A stretch of DNA of 64,000 bases from an uncultured bacterium (GCA_938030735.1 CALHIM010000011.1:173480-237479), one strand, 5' to 3'. Counted from the first letter of the stretch, positions 48,597-58,969 are shown. The notes: generated by a model from the sequence alone, not told the origin. Numbers and translations are program-made.

Positions 48597-48673
48597 GGGT
48601 CTGTAGCTCAGCTGGTTAGAGCACCTGCCTTTTAAGCAGGGTGTCATGGGTTCAAGCCCCATCAGACCCTCCA
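48597..48673 (+). tRNA. tRNA-Lys (TTT)
   Basis: Cloverleaf folded by hand. Anticodon loop CTTTTAA, T-loop GGTTCAAGCCCC, CCA encoded. TTGACT promoter at 48548. Confidence 0.9.
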
Positions 48674-48736
48674 ATATATTAGAAAATTCACCAAAAGGTG
48701 TTTTTTTTATTGTTAAAATATGATAAAATTATATAT

Positions 48737-49108
48737 GTGAAGAAGCAGTTGATAGAATTTATAAATCGGTGGTTTTTAAATAGTTTTTTATTATGGATTT
48801 TAATTTCTATTTTTGGAAATGTTAGCAACCATAGTGCGGGAACTTTCTTTCTTGCTGGTTTAATTTTTTCAATTGTAAATAGCACACTTAAAACTATTCT
48901 TACAATTTTATCACTTCCAATGATCATTTTGACTTTTGGTTTTTTTACACTGATAGTTAATGGTATGATTGTTTGGATTTCGATACTTTTAGCACCAAAT
49001 ATTTCGATGGGATTTTGGAATTCTGTAATTGTAGGAGCGGCTATGAGCTTGCTGAATTATAGTTTGAGCCAATTTTTAAGAATTGAAGATGAAAAGGAGA
49101 TTTTATAG
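48737..49108 (+). CDS. Phage_holin_4_2/DUF360-like membrane protein
   Basis: LSLPMIILTFGFFTLIVNGMIVWI fits that family as I remember it. The track start 48698 lies in the tRNA-Lys T-run. GTG 48737 lies 7 nt after TGaTAAAAT. The start is uncertain. Confidence 0.5.
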   Translation: MKKQLIEFINRWFLNSFLLWILISIFGNVSNHSAGTFFLAGLIFSIVNSTLKTILTILSLPMIILTFGFFTLIVNGMIVWISILLAPNISMGFWNSVIVGAAMSLLNYSLSQFLRIEDEKEIL

Positions 49109-49335
49109 TGAATATTGATATTATTTTACAGTTTTCGACTGTTATTTCTGGCGTTTTAATGATGATTTTAGTGCTTTTACAGCAACGAGGCGCAACTTTA
49201 GGAGCAGGATTTGGGGCTTCTGGCGAGCTTTATACTGAGCGACGCGGTGTTGAAAAGAGTATTTTTCGGGCAACAGTTTTCTTTGCATTTGTTTTTGTTG
49301 CATCAATTCTTACAACTTTGCTTTTGCCTAAATAA
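49108..49335 (+). CDS. secG: preprotein translocase subunit SecG
   Basis: 75 aa. LLQQRGATLGAGFGASG motif, GTG start after AAGGAG. Confidence 0.8.
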   Translation: MNIDIILQFSTVISGVLMMILVLLQQRGATLGAGFGASGELYTERRGVEKSIFRATVFFAFVFVASILTTLLLPK

Positions 49336-49347
49336 AAAGGAGTTTTA

Positions 49348-51186
49348 ATGGACTTTAAAAATAGCCCTAAAAAGGTTAGACGAGTTTCTGCTATTTCTCA
49401 AAAAAATAGAGATCAGGTTTCAAAAAATAAAACAATTCAAACTTTTAATAATAAGGCTACTTTAGCTGAAAGAGCAGATTTAGTTGAAAAGGCTATCGCT
49501 TCTCACACGAAAAAAATGTTTTTTGGTCGTTTTGAGAATTTGTCGAATGTTCGAAAAATAGTTATTTCTTGGATCTGTGTTGTGTCTATTTTGATTTTTT
49601 CTGTTGGTGTTTTTCGTGGGTTAAGCGCAGAAAACTATAGTGAGAATATTTTTTATAGAGGAGGAACTTATTCAGAAGGAATTTTGGGCGAAGTTAAAAC
49701 CTTGAATCCGCTATTTACCTCGACTGATACTGAAAAATCTTTCGAACAAATTGCTTTTTCTCGTCTTTATGGTATTGATGAAACGGGAAATCTGAAGGGT
49801 GATTTAGCTGAAAGTGTTTCAACATCTGATAACTATAAAAACTTTAAAATTAAAATGCGGAATAATGCAGTTTGGTCTGATGGTCAAAAAATAACAGCCA
49901 ATGATGTGATTTTCACTATAAAACTATTGAGAGAACAATCAATTAATCCTTCTGGTTTTAAAGCCTGGAAAAATGTTGAGATTTCGAAAAATAGTGATTA
50001 TGAGTTTAGTGTTAAAGTGCCGTCAAATTCTTCTTCTATATTGTATAGTTTTAATTTTTCAATATTGCCAGAGCATATTTTAAAAGATATTCAAACAGAG
50101 AAGATCCGCGAAAGTGCTTTTTCGAAGAACCCGATAACTTCTGGTGCATTTAATTTTAAATCTGTTCAGAATGATGGTGATAAAACTACTATTTCATTAG
50201 TTAAAAACAAGCGATATTATAAGGGTGAGGCTTATATTGATAACTTTGATATTATTGCCTTTAAAGATGAAACTAAGCTTAAAAATGCTTTGATCTCTGG
50301 TGAGATTGTTGCATCGCCAAGTCTTAAAATTAGTGAATTTTCAGAATCTGAGCGGGACAAATTAAAATCTCGAGAAACTAATGTTAATCGTGGAATTTAT
50401 GCTTTTTTGAATAATTCTGATTCAGTTTTGAAAGATTTAAAGGTTCGAAAAGCTATTCAAACTGGGGTTGATATTTCGAAAGTTCGAAAAGAAATGGAAT
50501 TTATTGATAAACTTGATTTTCCAACTTTGAATCAGTTTTTAAATACTAAAGATTTAAGCGTTCCTAAATATGATTTCAACCAAGCGCAAAAAATATTAGA
50601 TGAAGCTGGCTGGAAGAAAAATTCGAATGGTATTTTAGAAAAAGATGGTAAGACAGCTATTTTAAATATTGCAACAACTAGTGTTTATAACTATAAGAAA
50701 GCTGCTGAAGAAATTGAGAGTCAGCTTAAAAAACTTGGATTTGATGTAAAATTAACAGTAATTGATAAAGATGATAAAACCGGAGCTTTCGTTCAATCAA
50801 TACTCCAGCCAAGAAACTATAGTATTTTAGTTTATGAGATTGATCTTGGCGCTGATCCTGATATCTACGCTTTTTGGCATTCTTCACAATCTAGCCAAAA
50901 GGGATTGAACTTTTCAAATTATAATGATGTGGTTGCCGATGATCTTTTGCTAAATTCAAGAACCGCTCAAAGCTCGAATGAGAAAAAGTTACAAATAACT
51001 AAATTTACTCAACGTTGGTTAGCTAATTCGGTCGCCATTGGCCTTGGCCAGACTAAAACGAGTTATGTTTTTCGAAAATCAGTTCAGGCATATTCAGCAA
51101 ATAATACTTTTGTAACAGAAGTTAACAGATACGCAGATGTAATATATTGGTCTGCTTCAAAATCAACTCTTTACAAGACACCGTAG
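49348..51186 (+). CDS. ABC transporter substrate-binding protein, family 5 (peptide/nickel type), membrane anchored
   Basis: 612 aa with an N-terminal TM helix. SBP_bac_5-like core (GTYSEGILGEVKTLNPLF...WSDGQKITANDVIFT). There is no adjacent permease or ATPase. Confidence 0.7.
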   Translation: MDFKNSPKKVRRVSAISQKNRDQVSKNKTIQTFNNKATLAERADLVEKAIASHTKKMFFGRFENLSNVRKIVISWICVVSILIFSVGVFRGLSAENYSENIFYRGGTYSEGILGEVKTLNPLFTSTDTEKSFEQIAFSRLYGIDETGNLKGDLAESVSTSDNYKNFKIKMRNNAVWSDGQKITANDVIFTIKLLREQSINPSGFKAWKNVEISKNSDYEFSVKVPSNSSSILYSFNFSILPEHILKDIQTEKIRESAFSKNPITSGAFNFKSVQNDGDKTTISLVKNKRYYKGEAYIDNFDIIAFKDETKLKNALISGEIVASPSLKISEFSESERDKLKSRETNVNRGIYAFLNNSDSVLKDLKVRKAIQTGVDISKVRKEMEFIDKLDFPTLNQFLNTKDLSVPKYDFNQAQKILDEAGWKKNSNGILEKDGKTAILNIATTSVYNYKKAAEEIESQLKKLGFDVKLTVIDKDDKTGAFVQSILQPRNYSILVYEIDLGADPDIYAFWHSSQSSQKGLNFSNYNDVVADDLLLNSRTAQSSNEKKLQITKFTQRWLANSVAIGLGQTKTSYVFRKSVQAYSANNTFVTEVNRYADVIYWSASKSTLYKTP

Positions 51187-51211
51187 TTTTGGTATAATTA
51201 AAATGGTTTTT

Positions 51212-51298
51212 GCGCGCGTGGCGGAATTGGTAGACGCGCTAGCTTGAGGGGCTAGTGAGCTTCGGCTCGTGGAAGTTCAAGTCTTCTCGTGCGCACCA
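51212..51298 (+). tRNA. tRNA-Leu (GAG)
   Basis: Type II tRNA with a long variable arm. Anticodon stem-loop CTAGC-TTGAGGG-GCTAG. CCA encoded. TGgTATAAT promoter upstream and terminator CGCGC/GCGCG plus T7 downstream. Confidence 0.9.
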
Positions 51299-51430
51299 TA
51301 CCGGACTTTTTGAAAAATCTCGCGCATTAGCGCGTTTTTTTATTACTAAGCGAAGCTCGGAGTAAAGGCGAAAATAATCTATACTGCTTTAGTATATTTT
51401 ATGATATTATATAAAGTGAGAGGAAAAATA

Positions 51431-51961
51431 ATGATTAGAAACGAAGATTTTACAATAAATTATTTAGACAAAATTATTTTTGCGTCCGAGAGACATACTA
51501 TTGATGAATGGCTAGGTGCATTTAAAAAACTTTCGGAAATTATGAACGAGCTTAATCTTGATACCGATCTTTATATGCATAGTATGGGTGTAGAAAGCTT
51601 AAAAATTAATTTTATAAAGAATGAATCTCTAATTATCAATGAAGTAACGCGTTTAAATTTTTGCGCAAAAAGAGTTCTTGATTTGTCTATTAAAATTGTT
51701 CAAATATCTTCCAGAAATGAATTCAAATACGATGATGTTTCGGGGTTGATAAGGGAGGCATGGTGGGAGTTAATTTCACTCTTTGACTATTCTTCAGATT
51801 TATATTTAAATATTTACTCACTTTGTTTGTTTAACAATCTTGCTTTAGTCTTGGAGAAATCCGTGAAAATAGTTGCCAATAAACTTTCGGGTAGTCCGTC
51901 AATAGCTCCATATGATAATATGGAGGAAGTTGAGATTATTTCAAAAAATCAAGATTTTTAG
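51431..51961 (+). CDS. hypothetical protein (176 aa), AT-rich orphan
   Basis: ORF 51401..51961 trimmed to ATG 51431 after GAGAGG. No recognised domain. Confidence 0.45.
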   Translation: MIRNEDFTINYLDKIIFASERHTIDEWLGAFKKLSEIMNELNLDTDLYMHSMGVESLKINFIKNESLIINEVTRLNFCAKRVLDLSIKIVQISSRNEFKYDDVSGLIREAWWELISLFDYSSDLYLNIYSLCLFNNLALVLEKSVKIVANKLSGSPSIAPYDNMEEVEIISKNQDF

Positions 51962-52044
51962 CATCAGTTTGATATTTAAGCGGTTTTTTTCCGATTTTTT
52001 ATTTTGTAAAAATTGCACCATATTTTTGGTGCAATCTTATTAAA

Positions 52045-53340
52045 TCATTTGATATTTTTTCGAATCCAGCTATCAAGTGAGCCAGCACTCATCGCTAGAA
52101 TTAATCTGTTTTTTGCTTTTAAACTTAAAATCTTCTCTATTAATTCTTTTGGATTATCTGAAAAATCTAAAATTGTTGTTTTTTCTGATATTTTTCTTGA
52201 AAGGAATTCTGGCGAAAGTATTTCAAAATCTGGATTTTCACGGCTTAAATATGTTGGCAGCCAAATAACTTCATTGGCATTTTCAAAGATTTCTGGCGTA
52301 TATTCATCTTGAACTTCAATTTGTCGAATGTTTTGATGCGGTTGATAAATTAACGATACTCCAGAAAATCCTTGCTTTTCAGCTATTTCTTTTGCCATTT
52401 GAAGCGTTGATTGAATTTCCTTTGGGTGATGACCATAATCAGAATAAACGTTGTTTGTTATTTTTTCGAAACGGCGATTTGTACCAGGGAAATTATTTAG
52501 TGCTAAAATTGCTTTTTCATAAAAATCTTTTGGAGCTTTAATATTTTGGGTTTCAACTAAATAATCAATAGTTTCAAGAACTAGACTGGCATTTTTTCGA
52601 TTATGAATGCCAGGAAGATTAATATTTTCTTCTGGTTGAGATAAAATTACCTTGTTCTTTAGATTTTCGAAAATTTCTGGATGTTGATCTTTCCAAGAAA
52701 TAATAAAATCGCTTTGCGATCCAAATTCTGCAAAAGCTTCAAAATAATCTTTCTCAGTTTTATAAATATCAGTGTGATCGTGGTCGATTGAAGTGATTAA
52801 ACTAACTGATGGCGTGAAATTCAAGAAGTTTCGGTCAAATTCATCAGCTTCATAGACAAAATATTCACTTTCTGGGTCGAAGAAACCGCTCGCACCAAAG
52901 GAAATTGTTGTACCGATCGACCAACTTATTGGAATTCCCAATTGCTGAAAAGCCCAAATCGCCATTCCTGTGGTTGTAGTTTTACCGTGAGTACCGGAAA
53001 TTGCTATAAGTTTGAGTTTTTTTGAATTGATGATTTCATTCAAAAGTTCGTCACGTTTGCTAATTTTTATTCCTAATTTCTTTGCCATTAAAAGTTCGGG
53101 ATGATTTTTAGGTAGGGCTGCAGTATAAACAAACCAATTGATGCTGTTTTCGATGAATTTTTGCTTTAAAAAATGTCCATCTTGTTTGCCGATTTCAATT
53201 TCGATATCTTTTTTTGAAAGCTCCTCAATCATTAAACTTGAATTTTGGTCGCTACCAAAAACACCATAGCCAGCACTGTGGGCGATACTTGCAAGAGCGC
53301 CAATTCCAACGCCACCAATTCCAGAAAAATAAATATTCAT
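52045..53340 (-). CDS. murC: UDP-N-acetylmuramate--L-alanine ligase (Mur ligase family)
   Basis: N-terminus IYFSGIGGVGIGALA...GSD and P-loop GTHGKTTT. 431 aa. I cannot exclude Mpl. Confidence 0.7.
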   Translation of the reverse strand: MNIYFSGIGGVGIGALASIAHSAGYGVFGSDQNSSLMIEELSKKDIEIEIGKQDGHFLKQKFIENSINWFVYTAALPKNHPELLMAKKLGIKISKRDELLNEIINSKKLKLIAISGTHGKTTTTGMAIWAFQQLGIPISWSIGTTISFGASGFFDPESEYFVYEADEFDRNFLNFTPSVSLITSIDHDHTDIYKTEKDYFEAFAEFGSQSDFIISWKDQHPEIFENLKNKVILSQPEENINLPGIHNRKNASLVLETIDYLVETQNIKAPKDFYEKAILALNNFPGTNRRFEKITNNVYSDYGHHPKEIQSTLQMAKEIAEKQGFSGVSLIYQPHQNIRQIEVQDEYTPEIFENANEVIWLPTYLSRENPDFEILSPEFLSRKISEKTTILDFSDNPKELIEKILSLKAKNRLILAMSAGSLDSWIRKNIK

Positions 53341-53425
53341 TCTTTAATTTTATCACTTATTAATTTAAAAATAAAGCTTTTAAACCTTTTTAAGGCTATT
53401 AAAATATGATAAAATATAAATACTT

Positions 53426-54682
53426 ATGCTTAAAAAAATATTAAAACCTTTTTTAAAAATTCGAAATTATTGGCAATATATTTCTTTTGATGAAATGGCT
53501 GTTTTGTATGTTTCGAAAAATATGCGAGTTTTCGCAACAAAATTAGCAAGTACTTTTAGTCTAATTTATATCTATAAGTTCACGCATTCAATCTGGATTG
53601 TTCCTATTTGTATTTTAATTTATTACATTGCAAAATTTGTAGGCTCGATAGTTGCTCTTTTCTATATTTCAAAAAATGGCCCAAAGCACGGAATGCTACT
53701 TGCAAATATTCTGTTTATTCCAGCTTTAGTTTTAATGGCTTCAATGGGAATTTTTGGTAGGGAAATGGGTTTGATTGTAGCCCTTATTAGTGCAGTTTTT
53801 AAAGGAATATCGACTTCGGTTGAAAATATCTCGTATAATGTTGATTTTTCGAAAGCTAAAACTGCTAAAAAAGTTGGAAAACAGCTTGGAATTTCCTATA
53901 TTTTGGAGCATATTTCGAGTAGTATAACTCCTGCGGTTGGTGGATTTCTTGCGATATTTTTTGGAGTTGAGAAGCTTTTTGTGGTGTCTTCGGTGATTTT
54001 AGTTTTGACAACAATTCCACTTTTAACAACAAAAGAGCGAGTGAAGCCTGTTCGAAAAATAAGTTTTCGAGGTTTTCCATGGCGAAATTATAAACATCTT
54101 TTGGTTATTTGTTATAGTTGTGGAATGGCTTGGAATTCTTTATATATTTGGAGCTTTTTTGCGCCGGTCTTTTTACTAAAAGGTATTAATGCTTATGGTT
54201 CAGCTGGAGTTTTGTCTTCGATTTCTTCGATTGCAGCTTTGGTTTCAGCTTTTGTTTATGGTAAAGTGATTGATAAAAATAAAGAGCGAGGACTTTTAAA
54301 AATCGGGGCTGTTTTTATGGGGTTAGTTTTTTCGCTTAGGATTTTTATTTCGTCGAATCCGCTTTTACTTGGAATTTTAGAAATTATTGCTGCAATGGCG
54401 ATGAATGGCTTTAATATGGCGAATTTCAAAGGTTTGTATGGTGAAGCTGATGAATCCGGAATGCGCATGCAATATTTGTTTTTGTATGAAATTGGAATGA
54501 ATACTGTTTCGGTTATTACTATTTCTTTATTTGTGATTTTATTTTTTGCGCTTCAAGGAATGGACCCATCAGGTGAATTATCAATGAGGATTATGCTTTT
54601 GATCTCGAGTTTGTCAATTTTGCCAATGGTTTTTACAAACTATCGGATTTATCGAAATAAAAAACGCCAATTCCAAGAATGA
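53426..54682 (+). CDS. MFS-like polytopic membrane transporter
   Basis: 418 aa with about 12 hydrophobic segments. Confidence 0.45.
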   Translation: MLKKILKPFLKIRNYWQYISFDEMAVLYVSKNMRVFATKLASTFSLIYIYKFTHSIWIVPICILIYYIAKFVGSIVALFYISKNGPKHGMLLANILFIPALVLMASMGIFGREMGLIVALISAVFKGISTSVENISYNVDFSKAKTAKKVGKQLGISYILEHISSSITPAVGGFLAIFFGVEKLFVVSSVILVLTTIPLLTTKERVKPVRKISFRGFPWRNYKHLLVICYSCGMAWNSLYIWSFFAPVFLLKGINAYGSAGVLSSISSIAALVSAFVYGKVIDKNKERGLLKIGAVFMGLVFSLRIFISSNPLLLGILEIIAAMAMNGFNMANFKGLYGEADESGMRMQYLFLYEIGMNTVSVITISLFVILFFALQGMDPSGELSMRIMLLISSLSILPMVFTNYRIYRNKKRQFQE

Positions 54683-56124
54683 TGAAACCTAAAGCTCATA
54701 TTCACCGATTTTATCTTAATTTTGTATTTTTTGGTGGAATTATTTTTGGCACTATCTTCTCGGTTTTTTCGAAAAATACAAGTCTTAAATCAATTGTCTG
54801 GCTAATTTTAGCAATAATTTTATTCTTATTCTCTTGGATTTTTGCTCGAAAGTTTTGTTTAATTTTAGCCTTAATCGCTGGAATTTTGCTTTCTTTGTGG
54901 CGAGGATCAGTTTATAATTTCGAAAATTTAAAAATTGCACAAAATATTAAAAAAGATGTAATTGTTCGAGCTGTTGTTCTTGAAGATCCAGATCTTAAGG
55001 AAGATGGAAGCTTAAAAATTCATGCAAAAGTTATAGGAATTTCGAATGAACAATTTAATGGAAAGGCTTTTATTAGCTTAAAAACAAATCAAAAAATTCG
55101 TAGGAGCGATGAGATTTTAGTAAAAGGGAAAATTTCTGAAGGTTTTGGTGATTTTGCGATTTCAATTCATCGAGGAAGACTTATAAAGATTAGCCCAAAG
55201 AGTGATTTAATCCGCGATATGCGAGATTCTTTCGCTGAAGGGGTTCGAAAATTTATTCCTTCACCAGAGGTTGATTTGGGTCTTGGCTATCTGTTAGGTC
55301 AAAAAAATTCTTTGCCGGAGGAGATTTCTAAAGCCTTAACAATCACAGCTTTAACACATATTGTGGTTGCGAGTGGATACAATTTAACTGTTTTAGTGAT
55401 GGCGGCCCAGCGAGTTTTTAATAAAATTTCAAGAAAGATAGCTTTATTTGTGGCGATTTTACTAGTTTTAGGATTTGTTTTTGTGGTTGGATTTACGCCG
55501 TCGATGATTCGTGCAGGGATCGTGGCAATTTTTGGTTTAATTTTATGGTATTTTGGTAGAAAAACCCAAGCGTATTTTCTTCTAACTTTTGTAGCGGCGA
55601 TAACCTTAATATTCGAACCCTCAAACTTACTTAATCTAGGCTGGCAATTATCGTTTGCTTCATTTTTTGGTGTTTTGATTCTTTCGCCACTATTGCAAAA
55701 AATCTTTTTCGAAAAGCCAGAAAAGCTAAATTCTGCTTTAAAATTATTTTTCGAAACTTTTAGTGCTCAAATTGTAACACTTCCGCTGATAATTTTTACT
55801 TTCGGTGCGGTTAGCGTAATATCAATATTTGCAAATATGCTAGTTCTACCATTTGTGCCAAGTGCGATGCTTGCAACTTTTTTAACGGGAATTTTTGCAA
55901 TATTCTCACCAATTGCTCATTTTTTTGGCTTTATAGCAGAATTAATTTTAAAATATTCAATTTTTATAATTGGTGAATTTTCAAAAATCAAAGGAGCGCA
56001 GTTAGAAGTCAGCTTTGGCTTTAGCGAAATGCTAATTTGCTATTTTTGCTTATTTTTGGCAGTTATTTTGATTAATTTTAAGCTTCGAAAGGATCAAATG
56101 CTCAATATTTTGAATGAATCCTGA
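54679..56124 (+). CDS. comEC: ComEC/Rec2-family DNA internalisation channel (short, no beta-lactamase-like domain)
   Basis: DUF4131-like N-terminus plus competence domain (LGLGYLLGQKNSLPEEISKALTITALTHIVVASGYNLTVLV). 481 aa. Confidence 0.75.
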   Translation: MMKPKAHIHRFYLNFVFFGGIIFGTIFSVFSKNTSLKSIVWLILAIILFLFSWIFARKFCLILALIAGILLSLWRGSVYNFENLKIAQNIKKDVIVRAVVLEDPDLKEDGSLKIHAKVIGISNEQFNGKAFISLKTNQKIRRSDEILVKGKISEGFGDFAISIHRGRLIKISPKSDLIRDMRDSFAEGVRKFIPSPEVDLGLGYLLGQKNSLPEEISKALTITALTHIVVASGYNLTVLVMAAQRVFNKISRKIALFVAILLVLGFVFVVGFTPSMIRAGIVAIFGLILWYFGRKTQAYFLLTFVAAITLIFEPSNLLNLGWQLSFASFFGVLILSPLLQKIFFEKPEKLNSALKLFFETFSAQIVTLPLIIFTFGAVSVISIFANMLVLPFVPSAMLATFLTGIFAIFSPIAHFFGFIAELILKYSIFIIGEFSKIKGAQLEVSFGFSEMLICYFCLFLAVILINFKLRKDQMLNILNES

Positions 56125-56146
56125 AACGTGATATAATTATATTATT

Positions 56147-56572
56147 ATGAATTTCGAAAAAGAAATAAATTCGACAGATGAAATGATTGCTTTCGGTGAA
56201 GAGATTGGTAGGCAAATTTCTGAAGGAATAGTTCTGGAACTTGTTGGTGATGTTGGTGCTGGAAAAACTACTTTTACAAAAGGTTTGGCAAAAGGTTTGG
56301 GTATTTCTGAAACGGTTCAAAGCCCGACTTTTACGATATCACGGGTTTATGAAGGCGAGAAACTAACACTTTCGCATTATGATTTTTATAGATTGAATGA
56401 TTATGGAATTATGGAAATGGAGCTTGCTGAAAATTTAAATAATCCGAAAAATGTAACAGTGGTTGAATGGGCTGATGATCTAGCTGAAATTTTACCAAAA
56501 AAGCATTTGAAGCTGGTTTTTGAAAGTTTAAATGAAAATCAAAGAAAAGTTAAAGTGAGAGAAGTGCAATGA
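56147..56572 (+). CDS. tsaE: tRNA t6A37 biosynthesis ATPase TsaE
   Basis: GDVGAGKTT, SPTFT and HYDFYRL motifs. Confidence 0.85.
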   Translation: MNFEKEINSTDEMIAFGEEIGRQISEGIVLELVGDVGAGKTTFTKGLAKGLGISETVQSPTFTISRVYEGEKLTLSHYDFYRLNDYGIMEMELAENLNNPKNVTVVEWADDLAEILPKKHLKLVFESLNENQRKVKVREVQ

Positions 56573-56946
56573 TTTTATTTTTAGATACATCAACAGAGAA
56601 ATGTAAAATTTGGCTTGATAAAAACTTTTTCGAAAAAGAACTGGGCCGAAATATGGCGCGAGATATTCTGGCTTTTTTAGAGGAATGTTTGAATTCTGTT
56701 AGCAAAAAATATGAAGATTTTACTGGAATTGGTTTCTTTGCGGGGCCGGGGAGTTTTACGGGATTAAGAATCGGAGCTTCAGTTGCAAACACTTTAGCTG
56801 ATGGCTTAGAGATTCCAATCGTCGCAGTGAAAAGTGATGAAAATTGGCGAGAAATTGCTTTCGAAAGCTTGAAAAATGGTAAAAATGATAAAATTGCACT
56901 ACCTTTTTATGGTAGAGACGCAAACATAACAAAACCGAGGAAATAA
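56569..56946 (+). CDS. tsaB: TsaB-like protein (short, 125 aa)
   Basis: ILFLDTST... and GPGSFTGLRIG motifs. ATGA overlap with tsaE. Confidence 0.65.
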   Translation: MILFLDTSTEKCKIWLDKNFFEKELGRNMARDILAFLEECLNSVSKKYEDFTGIGFFAGPGSFTGLRIGASVANTLADGLEIPIVAVKSDENWREIAFESLKNGKNDKIALPFYGRDANITKPRK

Positions 56947-58232
56947 TGAAAAATAGAATTTTGATAATTATTGGAAAAATTATTCAGGCGATTTCAAGAT
57001 TGAAAGGCGGCGGTTCGGCGTTGCCTGGGCTTGTTATGGAAAAAATTAATCCGAATTTTATTTCGAACATGCTAAAAGGCTTAAAATATGGTGTTGTAGT
57101 AATTAGCGGTACTAATGGAAAAACTACAACTACAAAGATGGTTGTTGAACTGCTCGAAAGACAAGGTTTAAATGTATTCTCGAATAAAACTGGTTCGAAC
57201 TTTGTTCGTGGTGTGGGTGCGGCAATTCTTTCTGAAGCTAATTGGAGTGGCAAGCTTGAGGCTGATATTGCTGTTTTAGAACTTGATGAAGCTCATGCAA
57301 CTCATTTTGTAAAGTTAATTCAGCCACGATATTCGCTTCTTCTAAATGTGATGCGTGACCAGCTTGATCGATTTGGTGAAATTGACTATACTGCAAAATT
57401 ATTGCATAAGATTGGTGAAAATACTTCTGGATCGGTTGTTTTAAATGCTAACGATAATTTTTTAGGTAAAAAGGAATTTTCGAAAGATTTTTCAAAAGTT
57501 GTTAAGTTTGGATTTAATCAAAAATTGGCAGATTTTTTTCCAAATGATGATGAAATTCATCTAAAAAATTCTGAAAAATCACATCGAAAAATTTCAGCAA
57601 ATGTTTTGCTTGAGGATTTTTCGAATAATATTGCAAAAATTTCTTGGAGTGGAAGAACTGATGAGTTTAAGCTCAAAATTGGTGGGATTCATAATATTTT
57701 AAATTTAACTGCTGCGATCGCTTTGGTTGAAGAAATTCTGAATGCCGAAAAACTTAAAATCAATCGGCAAAAAGTAATTTGCGCGGCAGAGAAAATTCAG
57801 CCAGCTTTTGGTCGAGGTGAGAAAATAAAAATTAATGGTAAAGAAATTGAGATTATATTAGTTAAAAATCCGGCTGGTTTTCGAATAAATTTACGAAATT
57901 TTGAGCCTGATAAATATGATACAATGATTGCGGTTAATGATAATTATGCAGATGGCCGTGATATGAGCTGGCTTTGGGATGTAGATTTTTCAGTCTTGAA
58001 GCACGCTGGCGTTCAAGCAATTTCAGGTAATCGAGCCTATGATATGGCGCTTCGACTTTTTCATGATGATGTTGATTTCGAAGAAGATAGTGTGAATCTT
58101 GATATTGCTGAATCTGTTATTGATTTTATCGAAAAAGGAAAAAAAGATAAGCGGATTTATGCAACTTATACGGCAATGTTGGAGATTCGAAAAGAACTTT
58201 CGAAAATTTCAGAAGTGGAGAAGATTTTATGA
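56946..58232 (+). CDS. murT: lipid II isoglutaminyl synthase subunit MurT
   Basis: Mur-ligase P-loop GTNGKTTT plus a DUF1727-like C-terminus (DGRDMSWLWDVDF). Followed by gatD. Confidence 0.8.
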   Translation: MKNRILIIIGKIIQAISRLKGGGSALPGLVMEKINPNFISNMLKGLKYGVVVISGTNGKTTTTKMVVELLERQGLNVFSNKTGSNFVRGVGAAILSEANWSGKLEADIAVLELDEAHATHFVKLIQPRYSLLLNVMRDQLDRFGEIDYTAKLLHKIGENTSGSVVLNANDNFLGKKEFSKDFSKVVKFGFNQKLADFFPNDDEIHLKNSEKSHRKISANVLLEDFSNNIAKISWSGRTDEFKLKIGGIHNILNLTAAIALVEEILNAEKLKINRQKVICAAEKIQPAFGRGEKIKINGKEIEIILVKNPAGFRINLRNFEPDKYDTMIAVNDNYADGRDMSWLWDVDFSVLKHAGVQAISGNRAYDMALRLFHDDVDFEEDSVNLDIAESVIDFIEKGKKDKRIYATYTAMLEIRKELSKISEVEKIL

Positions 58233-58969
58233 ATTTAAAAATTTTGTGGCTTTATGCTAAAAATATGAATATTTACGGTGATTATGGCAATATTTTAGCA
58301 TTAAAAAAACAGATGGAGCTTCGTGGAATAAAATACGAAATTGTTGAATATAATCCTGGAGATGATTTTCCTGATGATGTTGATATTATTATTGGTGGAG
58401 GTGGTCAGGATTCGGGTCAGAATCAAATTCAAAATGATTTGCTGAAAATTGCACCAAATTTACGAAAGCTTGCTAAAAAAGGTGTGCCAATGCTAATGGT
58501 TTGTGGATTATACCAGCTTTTTGGTGATTCTTTTGAAACTGTAAATGGTAATAAAATCAAAGGGATTTGCTTATTTAAGGGCGTTAAAACGGTTGGTGGT
58601 GAACAGAGAATGATTGGCAATATTGTTGAAGAGTCTGATCAGTTTGGTGAAATTATTGGTTATGAAAACCATAGTGGAAAAACTTATCTTTCGAAAGAGA
58701 ATGAGCCATTGGCACGCGTTAAAAGTGGTGCAGGAAACACGCCTGACGGAAATTTTGAGGGTGCGATTTATAAAAATGTGATCGGAACATATTTGCACGG
58801 CTCGATTTTACCAAAAAATCCAAAAATTTCGTTATTTTTAATTGAACAAGCTTTGAAAAATAAAGATTATGAAATGCCCAAAGTTCTTTATAAAAATATT
58901 CGAAAAGCAAATTTGCTTGATCAAATTACCAGAAATGCACGCGAAATTGCTAAAAAATGTCCGCGATAA
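58229..58969 (+). CDS. gatD: lipid II isoglutaminyl synthase glutaminase subunit GatD
   Basis: NIYGDYGNILAL, nucleophile Cys in MVCGLYQ, His in TYLHGS. ATGA overlap with murT. Confidence 0.8.
   Translation: MNLKILWLYAKNMNIYGDYGNILALKKQMELRGIKYEIVEYNPGDDFPDDVDIIIGGGGQDSGQNQIQNDLLKIAPNLRKLAKKGVPMLMVCGLYQLFGDSFETVNGNKIKGICLFKGVKTVGGEQRMIGNIVEESDQFGEIIGYENHSGKTYLSKENEPLARVKSGAGNTPDGNFEGAIYKNVIGTYLHGSILPKNPKISLFLIEQALKNKDYEMPKVLYKNIRKANLLDQITRNAREIAKKCPR

Noticed and set aside
52013-52312. Plus-strand ORFs 52013..52312 and 52077..52268
   Set aside because: They are antisense shadows of the murC 3' end. They have no SD and low-complexity products.
57186-57200. GAAC...GTTC-like SOS-box candidate (GAACTTTGTTC)
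   Set aside because: The spacing is wrong (3 nt) and it lies inside the murT coding sequence. No comparable site lies upstream of uvrA, uvrC or the lexA-like gene.
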